Shown: in pieces, positions 21,116 through 34,990 of the stretch
Position numbering within the stretch: the stretch's first letter is position 1
Layout of the letters: the number at the start of each line of letters is the position of its first letter
DNA from: Camelus ferus
Taxonomy: Eukaryota
Direction of reading: 5' to 3'
NCBI RefSeq assembly: GCF_009834535.1
Contig: NC_045697.1
Coordinates: 118,608,001 to 118,668,000 of the forward strand
Length of the DNA stretch: 60,000 nucleotides
Translations under genes and position numbers: made by a program
The notes under the pieces: model-generated
Database searches by the model: none
What the model saw: the letters and a program-made list of their open reading frames with translations, nothing else
Told to the model about the DNA's origin: nothing

Positions 21116-21616
21116 GAAAGAAAGAAAATAATGCCATTTTCAGCAACATGGCTTAGAGATGGTAATTCTAAGTGAAGTGAGCCAGACAGAGAAAGAAAAA
21201 TACCATATGATATCACTCATATGTGGAATCTTAAAAAAAATAAAGGAAAGGAAAAAGGACACTATGAACTCATCTACAAAACAGAACAGAAACAGACTCA
21301 CAGACATAGTAAACAATTTATTTTGTTATTTTATTTTGTTTATTTTATTTCCCTGTAACCACTGGGGAAAGCGGGTGGGAAGGGATAAATTTGGGAGTTT
21401 AAGATTTACAAATGTTAGCAATTATGTATAAAAATAGATTTTAAAAAAAGGTTTCTTCTGTATAACACAGGGAACTATGTTCAGTATCTTGTAATAACCT
21501 TTAATGAAAAAGAATATGAAATTGAATATATGTAAATGCATGACTGGGACATTGTGCAGTACACCAGAAATTGACACATTGTAACTGACTGTACTTCAGT
21601 TAAAAAAACAGAAAAG
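20719..21616 (+). mobile_element. L1 (camelid-type) ORF2 C-terminus and 3' UTR, about 900 bp, with TSD
   Basis: aataaatgccggaaagagtgtggagaaaagggaaccccctacactgttggtgggaatgcag...tatgatccagcaatcccactcctagg...; TSD aaaaa(t/g)aagcattg at 20705-20718 and 21617-21630. Confidence 0.92.
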
Positions 21617-23228
21617 AAAAAGAAGCATTGATTAAATGTGTGTCTTTTATAAAGAGTTGAAACTTCTTTATCACCTTCCATTTCTAGTCGCTGGACTTTA
21701 AACAATCCCAGAGTCCCCACAGGTGAAGCCCCAGGCACCTTCCTCAGCAGGGGGCCAGTCCACTATTTCAGGGCCGCTTCACGGGAAGAGGCAAAAAATC
21801 ACAGCCTTAAAAGAGTATCTATTCTAGGAGAATGCATTTAATCCAAATGAGAAGAGTTTTTTACATGTGAACATAAATATGGGAAGATTTATGAGCCCTT
21901 AAGTTTTAAGAGAAACATTCCAAAGCAACACGACCTACTGACCTGACCCATAGCAAAGGGAGCCATCTGTGTGGAGAGACATGTTTGTAACTTCTCCAGT
22001 CCCGGTGACAGGCTTGAAAAGTCAGTGAACTGCCTTCTCCCCTTTTAGCTATTGTAGCAGATAAAACTTGTTCTGCTTCTTATAATTATACTTTTATAAT
22101 TTAATGCTGCAAAATATGGTATGAGAAAAATAATATGTCTCTCAGTGGACAGTCCAATGGGAGAAAGGTCTATGTCATGTTCATTATTTTAACACAGGAT
22201 ACTCACCAAATGGGGACGGGGTGCACAGAGCCAGGGCGTCTTCATCAGAAACGTCTAACAAGCGGTGGTCAGTGTTGCCTTTGGTTTTCACTTTACTTCC
22301 AAAGACAAGATGTTTTCTTTGAGTCTTGCTGGTAAGTGTTTCAAGTATGCATCTCCTTCTGAGAAACAGGAGGCACTTAGCTCCCAAAACTACAAAACGC
22401 CACCAAGGACACTGGGATGCTCTTAAGTGGTGGTCTCGCCAGTCGGGGCCAAAAAGCATATTCTGAGCCTTCATTTAAAAAAAAGAAAGAAAGAAAGAAA
22501 CTGATTCAAGTCTCCAAGTAAAGAGAACTCTGTTTTGACATAAAGAAAAGGCAAATTATGCTGGAGCAGACTTGCAGAAATCTCATTTTCTGAAAATGAC
22601 AGTTACGGCTGCTGCTCTTAATATTTATAAAATACTTGGTTTTAAATGGTTGAGACTATTACCTAGGGGAAGTAGCATCTTACCAAACTCTTCTTATTCT
22701 TGAGAGTACTCTATTTTGGCTTGATTATAAAATAATGCAAGCAATAAAAGGGGCCGTCCCGTCCCAACACCGTGGTGGATACGCAGAGGAACCCTTCCCA
22801 GCACCGGACACCTGACAACACTGGATAAACTGTAAACACAATTCTAGTGCTTAATCAGGCTGGCTGCCCAGAAAGGGGAACAAGCTAAAACCAGGAAGAA
22901 TGAGGAGGAAGGGCTTCATTGGCACTGGCAGGGACTGGGAGGCCATCCACCTGTAACTGGTGGGCGGGAGCCAGGGACACTGGGAACACGGCAAGGAGGC
23001 AGAAGACAGAGCAAACAGATAGGAAGTGATAACACGACAGAAATCCTGGAGGAAGGGCTGTCACACCAGGGACCTTCTCTCTTTAGGACCGGGCTCAGCA
23101 TGGGGAGAATGGTCTCTCCTGATTATCCCTGCCCTCAAGCCCTCACTGCCACAGGTTTGGCTCAGAAGTTATTGCAAATTCAGTGGCTTGAAAATCCGCA
23201 GGCAGATACTTGATTTGAACATGCTCTT

Positions 23229-23395
23229 GGAGGGAGGGTGGAGCTCAGTGGTAAAGTGCGTGCTTAGCATGCGCGAGGTACCGGGTTCGATCCCCAGCAC
23301 CTCCATTAAATAAAATAATAATAGTAAAACAAATAAATCTAATGACTCCTCCTTCCCACCAAAATACATAAAATTAAATTTAAAAAGTAAATAAA
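23229..23395 (+). mobile_element. vic-1-type tRNA-Ala SINE, well preserved
   Basis: gagggtggagctcagtggtaaagtgcgtgcttagcatgcgcgaggtaccgggttcgatccccagcacctcca followed by an AT-rich tail. Confidence 0.92.
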
Positions 23396-23475
23396 GTGGT
23401 CTTGTGTTGGGGACGCTGCAGGAGACTGGCAGAAACAAACATAAATTCTCAGCAGAAAAACACAATTTCCTGAGA

Positions 23476-23690
23476 TTCACTCATTCATGAAAATACTTGT
23501 ATTGAATGATATGCACTCACTTGTTACTGTTTGGAGACTCAAAAGTGTGATAAAACAAAAGACCTTTGTTGCTATGCTACTTCCATTCTGATGGACAATC
23601 AAAAATAGGAACAAATAAAAGTACAGGATGTCAGAGGGTGTGGTGTGGAGAAAACTGAAGCAGGACGTGATGGACATGGGTGGAAAGGAA
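23476..23690 (-). mobile_element. L2 3' end fragment
   Basis: ttcactcattcatgaaaatacttgtattgaat...acaaaagacctttgttgc...cttccattctgatgg. Confidence 0.55.
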
Positions 23691-25429
23691 GACAGGAGGG
23701 CGTTCCCTGTGTCTCCCTTTAATCAACATGGTGTTGTTTTTAGTTCCTAAGGTGGACAATATTTGTTCTATTAGGACCACTCATCAGCTTGTATTTCCCC
23801 CTAGTGAAACAGAAATCACTTCTGCATTTTTAAGAAAAAGAGGGGTTCACAAAACCGTTGGAGGACCTTGGGGAGGGAGGCGGGAGGAGCAGAGAAATGT
23901 TACTGATGATGCCAGCTGCCTGCAGGGTGCACCTGGGTGACACAAACCCCCATCCAGGCAGGTGTCAGCCCCTGCGAGGGGTTAGTGCTTCTCCTTGTCT
24001 GCCATCCACACCTCAAGTGATTCAGAATCCAGTCTAAACCCCATTGGTGAAGGGTGCCAGGAGCTGCAGTTTCCATGCTCCCTTGCTCGGGATGCAACAG
24101 AGACCACAGAACGGGGCAGGGATGATGCTCAGGTGATAACAGACAACCCGGGATGGCAACAAGGCTTGAAAATTATTGCAGATACTGCAAAAGCATGTTT
24201 TTGGCCAATCAGCACATACAATGTAATTATTACAGGATATTGAACTTGCTCCTCTAAATTGTAAATAAACTCACCAGTTTTGAGTTAATGGGACAGAAAT
24301 TTGGTGCACAGAGAGACAGGATTAGAAAGAGCAGGTCAGAGAAGGATGTTGTGGGGGGGGCGTAGAGGCTGAGAGGAGAGGCAGCTCCGTGGCTGCCCCT
24401 TTGTGAGCTGTTTGGTAGACAAAGTGTAAGGGGTCAAGAGGGATAGGAACGTTAATCAATTATTTTCCTATTTATTAACTAATTCCACACATTTAAACAA
24501 TCACTCTAGCATTTCATGAGACCACCGTAGGCCATTTATAATGCTAATACTTCAGTTAATTAATTCCCTTGATTTGATAACATTTTATTAGTTGCCTCCC
24601 CCATCTTTGCAATGTCAGAGTCGTGTAAACCGTTAGTCATAGTTCTGTTCCTGGGTTCTGCTGCCCAATGTGCTACCTGAGTCTGGGCACAGCGGTTTGG
24701 GGCTTGGGGGTCCCGGGGTCTGAGCAAAGGGAATGAGGAGGGACAGGGAACAATCACCTTCAGAGAACAGGGTTTTCTGTTTGAAGCCACAGCTGTGAGT
24801 CAGTGAGAGAGACTGACAGCATATTGGATTTTCCCTGGTTATTAAGGAAGGCAAGGTGTCGATATTAGTTATCTCTGTAGATACAAGAGGAACAATATAA
24901 GACAAAGTGAAGGGCTAAATGTCCTCATGGTTGTGTGAGTGGAACAGGAGACTCTGACGTAAGGACTTCTTTCCAGTCCAGGAGAATCACAATGCAGGAG
25001 GCCAACTGTCAACACATCATCGATATTTCTAGTTTACATCTTTTATTTGATTGCAAGTTTTACCTTCCGCTGCTTCATAGTGAGACTGCTCTAATCTAGA
25101 ATGCTGCTGGATGTGATCTTCCTCAGATACTCATTTATTTCCAAGAAATAATGTGTGCTTTTTGTTGAGCTGATCAGTTACTTTTCAAACGCTTTTACAT
25201 TTTCCTCATCAGCCTTTATTGAAACTATTTTGTCTTTAGCAGCTTGACAGAGGGCAGTCAAATCAATTTGCCAAGGAGACTAACTACTGGCAAATTAGAA
25301 GCTTTCCAGCACTCAGTGGTTTAACTCTCCTTTCAAAGGAGGAGAGGGTAGGACTGCATCACCACTGCAGTTCTCGCAGTTACAGCCTTTACTCATGTGA
25401 GTTTTGAGGGGATGTCAAGGGGGTGGCAT

Positions 25430-25948
25430 TGTTACCAAGTCCAGTCTCGTCCTGCTCACCACACGACAGGCCAATAAATCGGGATATGAGGTGTTGGGGC
25501 AAGGAATAGCGACTTTATTCAGAAAGCTGGCAGACCGAGAGGATGGCAGACTAGTGTCTTGGAAAACCATCCTACTCAAGTCAGAATTCAGGTTCCTTTG
25601 ATTCTAAAAAGGGGAGGGGGTGTGGTTGGTTGTTGCAAACTTCTTGCTGCAGGCATTCTTTGTTCTTGCAGCTGTCCATGGGGGCCAGCTCATGGTGCCC
25701 CTGTAAAACCTCCAACAAAACAAATGTTATTCTCTAATTTGCAACTTGCCATCTCTACAGATGTGCAGAAGAGCTAACATCCTTAAAGGTCAGAGCCTGA
25801 GAATAGGCTCTCCTGTAGATTTCAGGCTAAAGGCAACATTGTTTTACAAAAGGTGCAGAGCTAGCAAGACTAAGCCTAGAAAGCAGGGCACAGTGGTTAA
25901 AACTAAAGGAACAGATCCAATATAGAGTCAGATTTGTTCTCTATTACA
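25430..25948 (-). mobile_element. ERV1-class solo LTR (family B, copy 1)
   Basis: TG...CA termini, perfect 4-bp TSD gcat, antisense polyA signal (tttatt at about 25515), highly similar to 53923-54435. Confidence 0.9.
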
Positions 25949-26339
25949 GCATAAGATTCGGATAAAGAACACCGTCTTTCATTTCTCCATTGTGTACGGG
26001 AAATATGCTTGCATAAGCCTAAAGAAGGAATCATCTATTAAGTAGAAATTTAAAATTCTAGGTTCAAATACCTGTAGTTTAACCCTGATTAAAGTTAGGT
26101 TGAAATAAGAAGATAAAGCTTCAAAAACAGGCACTTTTAACAGAAGATCAGAGTTATTGGTGCTAGTTCTTTGAGAACACGTAAAGAAAGCACTGCATAA
26201 ACATTGCCTTTAGTTTAGAAAAGACTATGTAATATACCTGTGTGCATAGAACAAGTTTAATTTATATTTATTCTGTATTTAATATCAAAAAGCTGTTTTA
26301 TTTTCACTGTTTCCTAAAAGAGGCAAAGGACATTCCTAC

Positions 26340-26995
26340 CGTATGAGTTATTTTTTTTCAATATTCTCAAGGGTTTTGAGTTCCGCTGCCCTGTTTTTTA
26401 GCTCACCGACCCTTCCTTCTGTTTCACGCAGTCTGCTGCTGGACCCTCTACTGTACTTCTAAGTTCAGCTCTGGGACTTCAGTTTGGTACTGTCTTCTAT
26501 TATTTACCTCTGCTGAAATGCTCACTTTGTTCATCCATTGTCCTCCTGAACTTGGTGAGAATCTGTATAACTACTACATTGAACTTTTTAATTATTCAAT
26601 TGAGATGTAACTGACATACAGCAGTATATCTGTTTCAGGTGCACAACATGATGTTTTGATACTTTGCATGTTATGAAATGAACATCATAATAAGTCTAGT
26701 TAACATCCATCAAAACACATAATTACATTTTTTTCTTGTGATGAGAACTTTTAAATTCTACTCCCTTAGCACCTTACAAATATAAAATACAGCATTATTA
26801 ACTATAATCACCATGCTGTACATTGTGACTTGAGTTGTTTATTTCATAACTACTACATGCTGGTACCTTTTGAGCTCTTTATCAGATAAATCATTTATCT
26901 CCACTTTACTAATGTCTTTTTCTGAGGTTTTATCTTGATCTTTCATTTGAAACATATTTCTCTGTTTTTCCATTTTCCTGGACTCTCTGTGGTGA
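26340..26995 (-). mobile_element. Decayed L1 ORF1-region fragment with a nested younger L1 3' end (about 26585-26860)
   Basis: T-rich antisense L1. Nested part: attgagatgtaactgacatacagc...gtgatgagaacttttaaattctactcccttagcacc...ccatgctgtacatt. Direct repeat ataactactacat at 26567 and 26846. Confidence 0.7.
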
Positions 26996-27672
26996 ATATA
27001 ATTTTTTTCAGAAAAGTTTGCTTATTCACTTACAGTTATAAACCATGTTTGGCATAAGAAGTAAATTTTACTCACCAACTTTGTGACAATTAACGTACTG
27101 ATTGTTAACTCACTGATCCCATTTTAATTAACTCAACCAGCATAAAAAGACTGTGCAGAGTTCTTTAGAAGGAAGACAATATTGAGCACTAATTTTCTTA
27201 GTTAAAAAGGAGTTTTATTAGAAAATAAATGTGACTCTGTCCCATGAACCTTAGAAGAGACTATGGGATCTCAAACTTCTGTGACAGGTTGGTAGCGGGG
27301 TACCAGGATGGTTAAGGTGGTTGGTGTGAAACTTGCTCTGTGGTCCAGTCACTTCAGGTATAGGTAATCCTTCCATCAGCTACTCTCTCAACAGTCCAGG
27401 AGAGCATTTTTACACCTTCTCGAATGCTCCTCTTTCAGAGGGGAAAGCAATTCAAATAACAGCAATTATTATGAACATTAGGTAATTCAAAAGGGACATG
27501 TTTTAAATTCCCTTCTTGAATTTTATGTAACAATGCAATACTCCAGTAAAAGAACAAGGGTCAACTATTACTTGAATTAGTAAGACATTAACTCAAAGAA
27601 GACTAGATTTAGTTCTAAATTTCTTTTCCAGCTTTCAGTATAAACTTTATTTTTAGAACTTGCTTTATTTAA

Positions 27673-27722
27673 GTTTTGGTTTATTTTGGTTTATTTTGGC
27701 TTACTTTATTTTGGTTTTTGTT
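27673..27722. repeat. Short tandem repeat (TTTTGGTTTA)n
   Basis: gttttggtttattttggtttattttggcttactttattttggtttttg. Confidence 0.7.
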
Positions 27723-29794
27723 CATAAACAAGTGAAATGAACTTTTAAAGTCATCACATTTTCTTATAGCTGGACTCTCTTAGGGATAATTTAAATTTGA
27801 GTAAATTGAATAGTCATACAAAGCATTGAAATTTATCTTCCAGTGATGTCTAACTGCTATAAGGAAAGAAAGAAGGTTTTCTGTTATTTTCAGGAAGACA
27901 CTGCTCAGGTTTTCTAGTGTTTTCTTCCAAATTTCCAGTCCCCTCAAGTTTCCCTTCCTACAGTCAGAAATTTACTAGTAAAAATATACAAGTATATGAA
28001 TGCCCATGATTATTGTGGAAGATTTGGGTGAGTGCTTGGCACTGAGTATACTTTTATGGTGATAAAACAATGATCAGGATGCTCTAACTCTTCTTTTAAT
28101 TTAATGAGACCCAAATTTTATCATAATGAGAGGCAAAGTTTACTCAAAATTAATGAAGGGGGAGATGTCACAATTACACAAAGGCTGCCCAGGTGCAAAA
28201 CAGAGCCACACTGATCTCCTCCATCCATCCTTGTCAACCAAATTTAATCAGACGAGCATTAGCCTTAAGATAATTGGAAATCTTCTTTAAAACATCCTCT
28301 TGCTTTAGATATTTGAAAGGAGAACAAGAAGCTAAATGCCTCTTTTTATATAATGATCCTTCAACCTCGCAGTCCATGGACCAGTCACCGCTGAGCCTCT
28401 GTTTCTCCATATAGAAAGTGAAGACCATCATGGCATCTATTTCAAAGGATAAAAATCAAATGTGTTCCACTGTAGTTAGTGCAAAAAAAATGAGTTGCAC
28501 ATTTACATTGTAAGTAAAGTGTAAGTGCTTTATTGGGATTTGAGACACTACATTCTGAGTAGGTGAGATTATATTCCAATGATATTTTTCATTCTATTAC
28601 TGAAACTCTATATAATGCACTTTAACAGCACTAGCACTCAGGTTCAGCCTATGAATATTCAGATGTATTGATATGTTAATTTATGTAGATGGGAAATGCC
28701 ATTAAAAAGCATTGTTGTAAACCACCTAAGCCACCTTGATCATGAACACCCTGCAGGTTCTTTTTTGAAGTAGGTGGAGGTTGGCCATTTTCCACAACCT
28801 TACCACAGATTATAATGAAGTCAGATCTCATCCAAATTCTGTTACATAAATGTATACTTATTAAACAAATAGTTATTAGCTAACAAGCTAAAAAGTAGTG
28901 GGTTTTTTTTAAATGGACCAGTATATAAGCTTGATGAAGTTTAGCCTCTCTTCCTTCTTAGGGGCTATTACCACATGGTGCAAGAATATTTCCCTAGAGG
29001 CATTTGTAAAATATTCTACAGGCAGAATTCCCTTCCCCGTACAGCCGGCATCAGGCAACCAGAACACCCCCCTGTGCTGGAAACAAGACCATTTAGAGAT
29101 CAAGCCCTCAGCACCACCCCCACAGAATCTAGGGTTTGCTCAGGCAGGAGTGAAAAATGTCCCTGTAACTGTTTGGGCATCTCCCTCATCCGGTGCCAGT
29201 GAGAGTCCACTTCCAGCACTACTTATGCTAATTAAGAAGTAGGGAGACCACAAGTACATGTTTACCCCATGACTTATGACCTTTGTTGTTTATGCCTATA
29301 ATCCCTCTGTCACAACTGGATTGGCATTAGTCTGGCTTTCTCATGTTTTAAAGTGCAATATTCTTGTTAATAACTGCATTGTAACGATCAGGAGTGGGTT
29401 TGCTAGGCATGACTTTGTGTTGACAGTTTCTTCTGCACTGTCCTATAATACCGTGTGTCCTATTCAGTAAACTTTAACATGTGGGGAATCTGAATGACCA
29501 TCAGTGATCGTTCATCTCCCTTTTCAGGTGCATACCACTGGAGTCTTCCCACTAAGGAGAGCACCAAGGGACCACTAGCTGCTAGAGACCTGTGCCCAGA
29601 CTATAAATTGCTACTTTAGAAAAGGTTGGTGACAATTTTATAAAGAATCAAATGTAATAACAGCATATTGGAAAGACAAATTATTCAAGAACCATTCAAT
29701 AACATGACAATAGAAACAGAGATGAACAAAAGATTAACTAAAGCTTGTGAATTTATGTTATATTTATATTGCATATTGCTTATGTTATTCTTCT

Positions 29795-32700
29795 AAATAA
29801 ACTTTTTATTTTAATACAATTCTAGATTTCCAGAAAGTAGCAAAAGTAACAGAGTTCTGATATACCCCACATCACATTTCCCCATTACTAACATCCTATA
29901 TTAATATAGTATCTTTGACACAATTGATTAATATTGATACATGCTTATTATTAAGTAAAATTTGCACATTATTAGGAGTTTATTGGCTTTTTACTGTCCT
30001 TTTGTTTCTGTTTAAGTCTTCTAAGTGGCTGTATCATTTTGAATTCCAATCAGCAATAAATAAGAATTTATATTGCTCTCCGTTCTTGCCAGAAACTGGT
30101 ATTGGCAGATTTTTGGATTTTACCCTTTATAATACGTGTCATAGTATCCTGTTGTTGTTTTAACTTTCAATTCCTTAATGACAAACCATGTTTAGCATCT
30201 TTTCATATGATCATTTGTCTTCTGCATATCTTCTTTGATAAAGTGCTTACTCAAATATTTTACCTTTTTAAAATTAGGTTATGTGTTTTCTTATTGTTGG
30301 GTTTTAAGGGTTCTTATGTATTTTGGGTACAGTTGTTTATCCTATATATGATTTGCAAGTAATTTCTTCGAGTTTGATTCATCTGCTTCTTCAGTTAATA
30401 GTGTTTTTGTAGAGCTAAACTTCATTTTTAAATAAACTTTATTTTTAAAAAGTTCTATAATTATTAAAAAAAATGAGTACAGAGAGTTCCCATATACCCC
30501 ACATTCAGTTTTTCCTATTACTAACATCTTACATTAATATTGTACATTTGTTACAATGAATAAGCCAGTGTTGATCAATTATTAACTAAATTCCATAATG
30601 TATTCATATTCCCTTAGTTTTTACGAGATATCCTATTTTTTTCCCCCTAGAATTCCATTGTCCGGCATGTCCCTGTCCATTTTATACACTTTGGTCTGTA
30701 GTTTTTCTTGTAATGTCTACCCAGTTTCAATATTAGGGTGATGTTGGCTTCATAGGATGAGTTAGGAGGTGTTCCTTCTGCTTCTATTTACTGAGAGATA
30801 CTGCGGAGAATTGCTGTCATGTATTCCTAAGTGTTTGGTGGGATTCACCACTGAAACCATCTGGGCCTGGTGACTTCTTTTCCAGAAGGTTGTTGATTTT
30901 TTTATTTAACTTCTTTGATAGGTATAAGTCTTTTCAAATTGTCTATTTTTTTTCTTGTGTGAGTTTCAGTAATTTGTATCTTTCAAAGAGTTGGTCCATT
31001 TCATCTGTTACCAAATTTGTGGGCATAGAGTTGTTCGTAATAATATTTTGTCATTCTTTAGTGTCCATGAGATCAGTAATGAGCCCTGCTCTCATTTCTG
31101 ATAACAGTGCTTTGTACATTCTCTATTTTTCTTCTTCATTAGGTTGGCTGAGAGATTTATCATTTTTATTTATCTTTTTAAATGACCAGCTTCTGGCTTG
31201 GTTTTCTCTACTTTTCCTGCTTTCAAGTTCATTGCAGTCTGCACTGATTTTTGAAATTTCTTTTCTTCTGCTTGCCAAAGGCGCCTCTATATACCTGATA
31301 ATTTTCCTCATGCTGAAGCCCCTTGGTCTGAGATTCACTCAGCTGCTACAGCTTTCTTCTCATTAGCATTACCAGGGTATCTCTATCCCCACTGCTTTGC
31401 ATTTGACAACTGCCTCTTTATATTTAAAATGGCTTTCTTGTAGACAACATATAATTGAGTTTTTTTTTTATCCACTCATGCAATCTCTTTCTTTCAATTA
31501 GTATACTTAAGGTGTTTATAGATATAGTTGGATTAATTAATATCCACCATATCTGTTAACTGGCTTCTAGTCATTGCATTTATTCGTTATTTCTTTCGCC
31601 CTCCTGTTTTCCATCTTCTCTGGTTTTAATGGGCATTTATGTGATTGCCTTTTATCTCCTATCTTGGCGTATCTGTTGCACTTGTCTTAAAAAAATTAGT
31701 GCTTGTCCTAGAGTTATTTTAAACTAATTTTTAACTAATCTGTTATCCTTCAAGTAACACTGCACTGTTTCCCATGCAGTGTAGGTGACTTATAACAAAT
31801 ATTTCCAACCACCCCCATCTGTCACTTATTCATGTGCTATGATTACTCAGTATACTATTTCACTATTATTACTTTAAAAACTTATAGTTTAAATAAATTA
31901 AAATAAGAAAAAGAAAAAGATACTTTTATTCTTTCTCCAGCACTTCCTTTATTTATGTAGTCAAGTTTATTTATGGAATCTAGATTATTTTCTTTCTTTC
32001 TGAAAAACTTCTTTTCCTGTTTCTTACTGGATGAGTCAATTGGCAGTGAATCTCTTAAGTTTCAGTTTGTCTGAGAATGTCTTTATTTCTCCTTCAGTGA
32101 TGAAGATCATTTTTGCTGGATATATAACTGTAGGTTGGTGGATTTTTCCTGTGAACACATTTGCTATTTTACTCCATGCTCTTCTTGCACAGTTTCTGAT
32201 GAGAAGTCCAGTGTGATTCTTCTACAGACGGCATCTCTTCCTCCCTCCCTCCAGTTTCTTTAAAGATTTTCTCTTTGTCTTTGTATTTTTGGAGCTTGAT
32301 TATTATATGCCTAGGTGTCAGATTTTTGGAATTTATTCTGCTTGATGTTCCCCAAACTTCCTGTATCAGTGGTTTGGTATCTGTCATTAGTTTTCAAAAG
32401 TTCTCAACCATTATTACAGCAAATATTTCTTCTGCTCTGTTCTCTCTTTCTTCTCTTTCTGGTGTTCCCAATTACACATATGTTGTACATTTTGAAATTT
32501 CCCCATAGTTCTTAAATGATCTACTCTTTTTGTTTATTCTTTTTTGTCTTTAAATTTCTGCTTGTAAAGATTCCATTGACCTGTCTTCAAGTTCCCAGAT
32601 TCTTTCTTTGGTTGAGTCATATTCTACCAATAAGTCAGTCCAAAGCATTCTTCATTCTGTTACACTGTTTTTTATTTGTATCACTTTCTTTTGATTCTTT

Positions 32701-33620
32701 CTTAGACTTCCCATCTCTTAGCTTTCCAGTAAAGGCCTTAACATACTAATTTTGGTCATTTTAAATTCCTAGTCTGATGATTCCAAGATCTGTGTCATAT
32801 CTGAGTCTGGTTCTGATCTTCTTTTGTTTCTTCAGACTATGTTTTTCCTTGCCTTTGGCATGCCCTATAAATTTTTGGAGAAAGCTGGACATGTTGTATT
32901 GAGAAACAGAACCTGAAGAAAGTAGGTCTTTACTGTGAGGATTTGTGTTATGCTAAGTATTGGACTGTTCTGACATTTGCTTTAGCTGAAGGTGCCAGAG
33001 GTCTCACAGTCCTCTAGCTTTCTTGTCCTTGTTAGTGTTAACTCCCCACTGGATTCTGGGCTTCCCTAGGTGTAACTCTTTAGGAAGAGTCTGCATTTTG
33101 CAGAAAATTTCAGCTGTGATCCACTCTTGCTGCACAAGAGCCCTGCTGGTGTGGTGGCAGGTGTATGGGAGGAGATGTGTTCTGTATCTTATGATCACAT
33201 CTCAGCCGTTCATTGGGTGTTTCACAAGTGTTTCTCCCATAGCCTAGCTTTTGTTCCTCCCTCGGTTATGCAGGAAGATTGGAGTCCAAGGAATGCCCTT
33301 CCTCCAGGTAAGATAAGGTGCTGGAAAAAACTGTTTCCCTGGAGAATAAGCTTTTGTTGTGGGGAAGACACTGCAGTTGTATCACGTGGTTTCTCTGTCC
33401 CTGCCCCACCACAGCTTAGAGGGCATTTTTCTTGGATCTTCACCATAAGAAACTGACAGGATTCTCTAGGTAAAATCTACAAAAGTGTGGGGATCCTTTG
33501 AAAATTGTGGACTCACCCCAGATCAGCTGATTTTCAGTTTGTTCAGCATTTTCTTCTTGAAAAGGGGGGGGTGACAACTTTCAAGTTCTTTACATGTCAG
33601 AGCTGAACCTGAAAGTTCTG
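29795..33620 (-). mobile_element. Large fragmented old L1 (L1MC/MD-like): 3' ends, ORF2, ORF1 and 5' region relics
   Basis: Minus-strand relic peptides 'RRKEISKISADCNELESRKSRENQARSWSFKKINKNDKSL' (L1 ORF2 'RRKEITKIRAE...SWFFERINKID') and 'IQEVWGTSSRINSKNLTPRHIIIKLQKYKDKEKIFK' (L1 ORF1 'TPRHII...KEK'). Confidence 0.88.
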
Positions 33621-34639
33621 CTTATTGAAAAGTCAATATAAAAAAAGAGCAAAATAATATTTTTCTTTAATTTGTCCAGATAGGTTACTTTTTATGTAAG
33701 AAGAAATGCTTTTGAAAATGGACACAGTTTAAAATATATTATATATATATAATCTCCATTATGTAGTAAAGCTGCCTTATTAGAAAAAATACATATTTCA
33801 AATGTTATATAACTTCAATTACTTTAGTATCCTCTTGCAGTCTCTAAAGTGCTTGATTTGGATCACAAGTAATATGGGAAGGCTCAGCCTACTAGAGTTA
33901 TAAAGCCCCAGACAAGTGTTTAACTTTAATGCCTTTATTTCATCAACAGAGACTCGCTCTCCAGTTACTGTTCCATGATTCACATATTTGATGAACATAA
34001 AATCATGGCCTTGCATTATCAGCAAATGGTGATAACTAACTTGTCAGTAACTAACGTACATGCATCTGTTTCATGTACAAACTGTAGATGCTCCAGTGAA
34101 GTTGATGGGAATGTGGTTTAACATCTGTTTCTCAAGATGCAGCAAGTTAGTTTCTGTGATGAGGAATTTTCTTGGATGTGTATTAAATTGCTTTTGTTCC
34201 TAGAAGGAAATAGATGTTAGCAACAATAATTTTCTTAGAAGTTATGGAAAAGGAACTGCCTGACTTCCTCTGTTTATAACAGAAATTTCCTACGCCCCAC
34301 ATTTGAAGGGCCTGTGGCTCAGAGGTCTTCTCTTTCTCAGGAGAAAATTGTCACACCTGTCAAGTTAGATATGTCAAAAGAACAGCAAAGATGAAAAAGT
34401 GGACACTAAGGATTTTTCCCTTAAGTCTTACTCCCAAAAAAGCAAAAATCATTTTCCCCTGGGTATTTGAGATTTTAGAATACAGGATATAATGGAAAAG
34501 GACCAGAACATCTGGTTTGAGTATTCCGTGTTGAGATTCAGAAATGGATGGCGTCACTGAGATAGACACAAAGGAGTGTGTCAAAGGTAACCTTTTCAGA
34601 GTGATTTAATGATAACTTTTATTGATTAAGTAAATGAAG

Positions 34640-34990
34640 ACTGAATACACACTAATAAAATACAGTGGCGAGCGAAGAGCTACTGTCTTGCCCACCGCTC
34701 CATAGTCAGTGAGATGGGTAACAGGAGCCGGACAATTGAAAGCAGCCTAAGTGCCCTGGAAGGACAGCACAGAGACGTCAGAGCACTGACAAGGAGAGTC
34801 TGATCTTTGCAGGTGGAGGGGAGATGTGGTCAGGGAACATCCCAGAGCGAGTGACGCTGAAGCTGAGATGTGCGATGTGCGGTATGCATGACTGGAATGG
34901 TGTGTTGGGAAGGAAGAATGTTTCTGGCAGAAGGAGCAGTCTGTGCGGGAGCCCTGAGGACAGGAAATACAGCGTGTTGGAAGAAAAATG
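34640..34990 (-). mobile_element. L2 fragment
   Basis: gtggtcagggaacatcccagagcgagtgacgctgaagctgagatgtg...gggaaggaagaatgtttctggcagaaggagcagtctgtgcgggagccctgagg. Confidence 0.65.

Noticed and set aside
30890..32749. Hydrophobic 'membrane protein-like' ORFs on the + strand
   Set aside because: Antisense reading of A-rich L1 ORF1/ORF2 relics
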